Notes under the pieces: generated by a model
Told to the model about the DNA's origin: nothing
Database searches by the model: none
Seen by the model: only the letters and a program-made list of their open reading frames with translations
NCBI GenBank assembly: GCA_963704165.1
Contig: CAVPHD010000009.1
Location: 1-64,000, forward strand
Origin: an uncultured delta proteobacterium
GTDB taxonomy: Bacteria > Myxococcota_A > UBA9160 > SZUA-336
Length of the DNA: 64,000 nucleotides
Direction of reading: 5' to 3'
Translations under genes and position numbers: made by a program
In this document: in pieces, positions 58,432 through 64,000 of the stretch
Position numbering within the stretch: the stretch's first letter is position 1
How the letters are laid out: each line of letters starts with the position of its first letter

Positions 58432-59460
58432 CAGAGCACCTCTCGCTGGCGCGGGCCGAGCGCGAAGTTCTGGTTCCAGTCGTACGCGATCAGAAGATCC
58501 ATCAGCTCGCTCGTCTCGCCCGCGCGCCGCTTTGCGCGCTCGCGCTCGAGCGTCGCGAGCACCTCGTGCACCCGCTCGCCGAAGAGGCTGACGAGATACT
58601 GCGTGGGAATGCGCGGCTCACTCGTCGGGCGTCCCTTCTCGTCGAGCTTCGGCGGGCTCATCGGCGGCACGTAGAAGACGTTCGGTCCGAGCTCGAACTC
58701 CGGATGCAGAGGCAGCGCCACGCGGTAGCCGTGAACGAGCTTCCAGATCGGCCCCTCCTCGTCGTCGAGATAGCCGACGAAGCGCAGACGGCCCGGGCAC
58801 TGCCGCGCACACGCCGGCGCGACGCCCTCCTCGATGCGCGGGAGACAGAAGATGCACTTCGTCGAGACCTGTCGCTGCGGATCGAAGTAGACCTTCTTGT
58901 ACGGGCACGCCTCGACACAGAAGCGGTAGCCGTGACAGCGGTCCTGATCGACGAGCACGATGCCGTCCTCGTCGCGCTTCTCGATCGCGTGCGCGCGGGC
59001 ATGCGTCGAGGCACGCCGGATGCGTGCAGTGGTTGCAGAGCCGCGGCAGGTAGAAGTAGTGGTTTTCCTGGGGGTAGTCGCCGGCACCGCGATCCTCGTC
59101 CCAGTTCGCGCCCCAGCGCGGCGCGCCGTCGGGTCGCAGCCACGGCTTTCCCTCGCCCTCGCCGGAGCGCTTGCGCACCGCGTCGTGATTGAAGGTCCAG
59201 GCACGCCCGTACTCGTCGTCGAGAGTGGGGATCCGGCCGGCCTTGACCTCGCCGGTTGGCGTCCGACCGCCGCTCGCATCCCAGTTCCGCGGATAGCCCG
59301 CGCCCGGGAGTGTCTCGACGTTGTTCCAGTAGGCGTAGCCGGTACCGGTGTCGGTGTTCCAGAGCTTCTTGCACGCGATCGTGCAGGTCTGACATCCGAT
59401 GCACTTGTTGAGGTCGAGCACCATCGCGATCTGTCGCTTCGACGGGTTCTCGTTCGCCAT
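58431..59460 (-). CDS. Fe-S beta subunit, type II DMSO reductase family (frameshift near 58990)
   Basis: MVLDLNKCIGCQTC..ACK, WNNVET, PRLCNHCTHPAC..ACP, C.GYRFC..ACPYKK, KCIFCLPR, C..QCPGR. Confidence 0.92.
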
Positions 59461-59462
59461 GT

Positions 59463-62445
59463 CTAGGCCTCCTGCGCCGCGCGGATCGCATCGACCGCAT
59501 CGGGCCTTCGGGGACGGATCGCGACTCGCGTGTCCTGGACCTGCGTGCCGGGCGCCCACACGCCGAATCGCCAGCGGAGCTGACCCTCGCCGCCGGCGAA
59601 GTGGAGCGGGTTCATCAGTCCCGGAGTCACGAACTTGTAGCTCTCGTGCTTCGGGAACTGGTGCGGCTCCCACGCGTGGAAGTAGTACGCGACCGCGGGC
59701 CGGACCATCGATCGAGTACTTCACACGCATGAAGATCAGTCCGAAGCGGTTCTCGACTTCGGCCCATTCTCCGTCCGCGATGCCGAGCCTCTCCGCATCG
59801 CGCGGGTTCAGATACAGCGCGGGTTCGCCCGCGCTGCAGGCGCAGCAGCAGCGGATCGTCGCGCCAGACGCTGTGGATGCTCCAGCGCGCGTGACAGGAA
59901 ATGAGCTGGAACGGGAGGTCGCCTCCCGCCTTCGGGCTCTCGATGTGCGACGGCAGCGCCTCGCCGGCCTCGAGGAACCATGGATGATCGATGTAGAACT
60001 GCTGTCGGCCCGTCCGCGTCGGCCAGGGCCACTTTTCCTCGGTGAAGTGGGTGCACGCGCGGAGCACGCCCTCGCCCTTCCAGGAGTCGTTGAAGAGCTG
60101 CGGCTGGCCTCCCGGGCCACCCGCCCCCTTGAACTTCTCGATCCCGGTGCGCTCGAGCCCAGCGACCGTCATTCCCTCGGTCGTGCCCGCACTGTCCAGG
60201 ATGTGCTGCATGACTTTCTCGGTGTCGCCGGGGCCGAACTCGCCATGGAACGAGAAGCGGTCTCCGATCGTCTGAAGATCGACCTCGAGCTTGCCGCAGC
60301 CCGGCGAGCACGGGCGTGCCGCGCTCGCGCGCGACGCGCTGCACCTCTTGAGCGAGGCGCCAGAAGATCTCCCACTCGTCCTTCGAATCACCGACGGGAG
60401 GAACCGCCGCGTCGCAGTAGTGGAGATACGGGATGTAGGCGACCGTGTACTTGATGCCGCGTTTCTCGTAGTAGCCCGCAGCAGGCAGCAGGTAGTCGGC
60501 GTGCATGCCGGTGAACGTGAACTTCGGATTGACGTCGACCACCAGATCGAGACCGGGCCAGAGATGCTCGAGCGAACGCTGCGGCAGATTCGAGCGCCGC
60601 AGCACGTTGTTTCCGCCGGTCACCCAGGCGCGCGCCGCCTTGCGTCGGGTAGCGCGGCATCCAGCCCTTCTCGCGCGCCTCGCGGTCGTATTCCGTGAGA
60701 GGTCGAGGATGAAGACCTGCCTGCACCTGATCCAGATCCGCCGCCACGCCCTGGTAGCCGAGATTGAAGCTCGCGGCGTTGCCGATGCACGCGAGTTCTT
60801 CGCCGGCATCCGCACCCAGCTCCCAGAGCGCGCGCTGGGCGCTGATCCGCCCGCGCACGCGCTCGACGGCGAGGTCGAAGAGCGTGGTCATGTCGAGGTG
60901 CATGAAGAGCTCGAGGCGCCCGCGCAGTCCCCGTGTGGCTCGCCGATGCCGAGCCCGCCGGTCTCGATCCAGCCGGTCGAGTGGTAGCCCGCGCCCTTGC
61001 GGCCGACGGCCCCCTTGAGCGAGAGGCAGAGGATCTTCGCGCGATTCATCTGGTCCGAGTGAAAGAAGCGGTTCGAGCCCCAGCTCGAGAGCACCATCGG
61101 GTCGCTTCGCCTTCGCGAAGCCTTCGGCGAAGCGCTCGATCTGCTCGGGCGGCGAGCCCGGTCACCTCGGCCGTCGCCGCCATCGTCCAGGGCTCGAGGT
61201 GCTCGCGCAGGAGGGAACCCACGGGGACGACGGCGGCTTCGCGTGCCGTCGCGCAGCTTCACCGCGAAGCGACCTTCGATCGGCGGCTCGAAAGCTCCGC
61301 CGTCGAGCTTCGGCACGTCGCCGTTGCCGGGAGCGCCCGGCGCGGCCACGGGCATGGCCGGACGCGGGGTCCCAGACGTACACGAGTTCGTGTCCCCCGC
61401 CCTCGCGCAGATCCGCCTCGGTCAGGAAGCGACCGGTGTCGAGCCGCACCAGGATCGGCAGATCGGTCTGCTCGCGCACGTAGGCGAGATCGATCCGGCC
61501 GGTGTCCCAGATGTGCCGCGCCGTCGCGAGCGCGAGTGCCGCATCCGTCCCCGGTTTGATCGGGATCCACTGATCCGCGTGCACGGCGGTGGCGCTGTAC
61601 TGCGGATCGATCACGACCAGCTCCGCACCGTCGTACTTCGCCTCGAACAGGAAGTGCGCGTCGGGGATCTGGGTGACGGCCGGATTCATCATCCAGACGA
61701 CGAGGTAATCGGAGAGGAACCACTCGTCGGAGCTGCCGCCGACGTGGGGGAAGCCGAAGGTCAGCGTGGCGCCGTGGTTCAGGTCGCCGATCTCCGCCCA
61801 GTCGTCGGAGAGCGTGGCACCGGCGAGGCCGAAGAAGCGCACGCGCCCGGCCGTCGTCGGCCCCTGGTCGAAGTGGGGACCGAGGTCGTGGATGATGCTG
61901 TCGGTGCCGTCCTTCTCGGCGATCGTCACGAGCTTCTCGGCGATCTCGCGCAGGGCCGTGTCCCAGGAGATCTGCTGCCACTGCCCGCCGCCGCGCGGTC
62001 CGACGCGCTTCAGCGGCACGGTGAGTCGGCTCGGACCGTACATGACCTCGGTGTAGCAGGCGCCCTTCTGGCAACCGCGCGGGTTGAAGTCGGGTACGCC
62101 GGGCTCCGACGCCGTGTAGTTCGCGGTCTGCTCCTCGCGAACGACGATGCCGTCCTTCACGTAGAGATCGAAGTTGCAGGCGCTCCGGCAGTTCAACCAA
62201 CCGTGCGTTCCCTTCGCGACGCGATCCCAGCTCCAGCGCTGACGGTAGAGATCCTGCCAGCTGCCGAGCTTCGCCGGGTTGCGTGCGACGCTCGCCCCCG
62301 CGAGATCGGCGGCGATCGCCTCCTCGCGTAGGTGGAGGAAGGGAAGGCTCCCGGCCGCGGTGGCGACCGCCGCGAGTCCCGAGAGCTTGAGGAAGTGGCG
62401 ACGGTCGAGCCAGAGGTGGCCACTTCGGCCTTCGGAACCAGTCAT
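59463..62445 (-). CDS. Tat-exported molybdopterin catalytic alpha subunit, steroid C25/ethylbenzene dehydrogenase-like (frameshifted)
   Basis: DRRHFLK Tat motif; THGWLNCRSAC...DFNPRGCQKG FS0 motif; WAEIGD Asp-ligand region; TQIPDAHF; TGRQQFYIDH; H.RWSIHS. Confidence 0.88.
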
Positions 62446-62491
62446 GGTGTTCTCCCCAATTCGAACTCCAACTCCGGGCGCGTTCGCGGCC

Positions 62492-63172
62492 TCACGGGAG
62501 GTGCTCCGCGCGAAGGGGCGGAAGGATCTGCAGATACATACAGACCGACGCGATCGCCTCGCGCACGAAGCTCGCGTCGTCCAGCGTCTCGAAGCCCGAA
62601 CCCAGGACCCCACCCTCGAGGCGCAGAAGCAGCATCGCGCGGAGCTGCTCGAGCGCGAATCCGACCGCGAGATTCGGATCCGCGTGTCCGATCTCGTCGC
62701 GACGGGCGAGCATCAGGTTCGCGAGACGCCGACTCAGCTCATGGTGAAGCTCGAGGGACTCCGCGGCGATGGACGGATCGCTGAGCGCCAGAGCCAACCG
62801 CGCGCGCGACAGGCCCGCGTGTTGGCGGCCGACTTCGAGCGAGAATTCGAGGTAGGCCTCGAGGATCTCGGCGATCGACGCACCGTCCCACCGGACCGGA
62901 TCGACGGCGGACTGCATGGTCTCGCGGAACTCATGGCCGAGGCGGTCGAGAAGCGCGTAGATCAGACCGGCCTTGTCGCGGAAATGGTGGTAGAACGCGC
63001 CCACGGAGCAGCCCGCTCGCGCGGCGACGTCGCCCACGGCGGTGTCGTCGATGCCCTTCTCCGAGATCAGCGCTTCCGCGGCATCGAGCAGCTGGATCAG
63101 CGTGCGCCGGCTGCGCGGCTGGCGTGAGGTCCGGACCCAGCGGAGATCGGCGATCCAGGGACTTCTCGGCAT
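62492..63172 (-). CDS. TetR-family transcriptional regulator
   Basis: Q.RSRRT..QLLDAA, VAARAGCSVGAFYHHFRDK. Confidence 0.92.
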   Translation of the reverse strand: MPRSPWIADLRWVRTSRQPRSRRTLIQLLDAAEALISEKGIDDTAVGDVAARAGCSVGAFYHHFRDKAGLIYALLDRLGHEFRETMQSAVDPVRWDGASIAEILEAYLEFSLEVGRQHAGLSRARLALALSDPSIAAESLELHHELSRRLANLMLARRDEIGHADPNLAVGFALEQLRAMLLLRLEGGVLGSGFETLDDASFVREAIASVCMYLQILPPLRAEHLP

Positions 63173-63233
63173 CACCCCGCCCTTCCCGATCGACTTCCCT
63201 AACCATTCGAAATCAACTCAAGATAAATCAGAA

Positions 63234-63281
63234 CCAGAACTCGGCTTTTGTATTCTGGCCGAAGCGGCGCAAGCCCGTCAA
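63234..63281 (-). promoter_or_regulatory. Candidate tetR promoter with overlapping inverted repeat
   Basis: Minus strand TTGACG-18 nt-CAGAAT; CCAGAA-N13-TTCTGG at 63234-63258 within an AT-rich patch. Confidence 0.45.
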
Positions 63282-63295
63282 GGATGGGAAGAACT

Positions 63296-63940
63296 CTAGA
63301 CGCCCTTCGTCTCCGCACCCCAGATGTACTTGTGAAGCTGCAGGTTCAGGCGCACGCGCAATCCGTCTTCCTGAATCCAACGCGCGAGATCGCGGGGGTC
63401 GAGTCCGCCATGGACCGGTGAGAGATTGATCGGCACCCGATCCTCGAGTCTCTCTGCACGGATCAGCTGCAGCGCCCATTCGTAGTCGGCGCGATCGCAG
63501 ATCACGAACTTCAGCTCGTCGCCGGAGCGAAGGCGTGCGAGGTTCGAGAGATCGTTGCGCGCGACCATCGCGCTGCCGGGAGTCTTCACGTCGACGATCG
63601 CGCGCACGCGAGGATCGAGGACCGAGATGTCGTGGTGGCCGCCGGTCTCGATCAGGACCGTGTAGCCCGCATCGCAGAGCCGGCGTGCGAGCTCGGGAAC
63701 GGCCTTGTGCAGCAGGGGCTCGCCGCCGGTCAGCTCGACCATGTGCGTTCCGAGCTTCGCCACGCGCGCGAGCACCTCGTCGACCTCGAGCAGCTCGCCG
63801 CCGCTGAACGCCTGCGGCTCGTCGCAGTACGTGCAGCGAATGTCGCATCCGGTCGTGCGCACGAAGACGCACGGCCAACCGGAGTGCGTCGATTCGCCCT
63901 GGATCGAGCGATAGATCTCCTTGACGCGCAGCTCGGACAC
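63296..63940 (-). CDS. queE: 7-carboxy-7-deazaguanine synthase (radical SAM)
   Basis: EIY.SIQGE, FVR..GC.IRC.YCD, TGGEPL, IETGG, LQLHKYIW. Confidence 0.92.
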   Translation of the reverse strand: MSELRVKEIYRSIQGESTHSGWPCVFVRTTGCDIRCTYCDEPQAFSGGELLEVDEVLARVAKLGTHMVELTGGEPLLHKAVPELARRLCDAGYTVLIETGGHHDISVLDPRVRAIVDVKTPGSAMVARNDLSNLARLRSGDELKFVICDRADYEWALQLIRAERLEDRVPINLSPVHGGLDPRDLARWIQEDGLRVRLNLQLHKYIWGAETKGV

Positions 63941-64000
63941 GGCGTTCAGCCGTAGAGAACGGAGCGATGGCGCACGATCTCGCCGATCAGGGCCTCCATG

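Noticed and set aside
59463..62445. Respiratory nitrate reductase NarG
   Set aside because: It is shorter than NarG, has a Tat signal and an EbdC-like gamma subunit rather than NarI, and no nitrate transporter lies nearby.
63947..64000. 3' end of a minus-strand gene (...EALIGEIVRHRSVLYG*) upstream of queE
   Set aside because: It is probably real but truncated by the window edge, and no product can be supported.

Overview
The window looks like two unrelated DNAs joined at about 5270. Bases 1-~5270 are of moderate GC, rich in indels, and Chloroflexota-like by gene content (inference). They carry moaD-moaE/moaC, a PIG-L deacetylase, a PQQ-propeller Ser/Thr kinase and a PP2C phosphatase. Bases ~5270-64000 are very GC-rich and Myxococcota/deltaproteobacterial-like (inference). 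This part is mostly housekeeping: miaB, a ribBA-padR-moxR-vwa operon, an MglA-like GTPase, icmF-mutase-meaB, carboxyltransferase/hbd/thiolase, era-rnc-mnmA-iscS, a long tilS-ftsH-folP-cdaA-cdaR-glmM-pdxJ-acpS-nnr-tsaE-lysC run, tRNA-Met, msrA, thiC, a TetR-linked four-gene steroid C25/ethylbenzene dehydrogenase-like molybdoenzyme operon, and queE. The main accessory element (22772-29863) begins with an internally deleted IS5-type element. It is followed by three translationally coupled genes: a signal-peptide Rhs protein with a transglutaminase-like N-terminal domain and a permuted-papain-like C-terminal tip, a lipoprotein (candidate immunity), and a small exported protein with two YD repeats, Ca-binding repeats and a C-terminal membrane/sorting anchor. 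A promoter-plus-terminator-delimited structured RNA candidate lies upstream of miaB. The many frameshifts cluster in patches and are most likely sequencing errors. All calls come from motif recognition by eye; no database searches were run.
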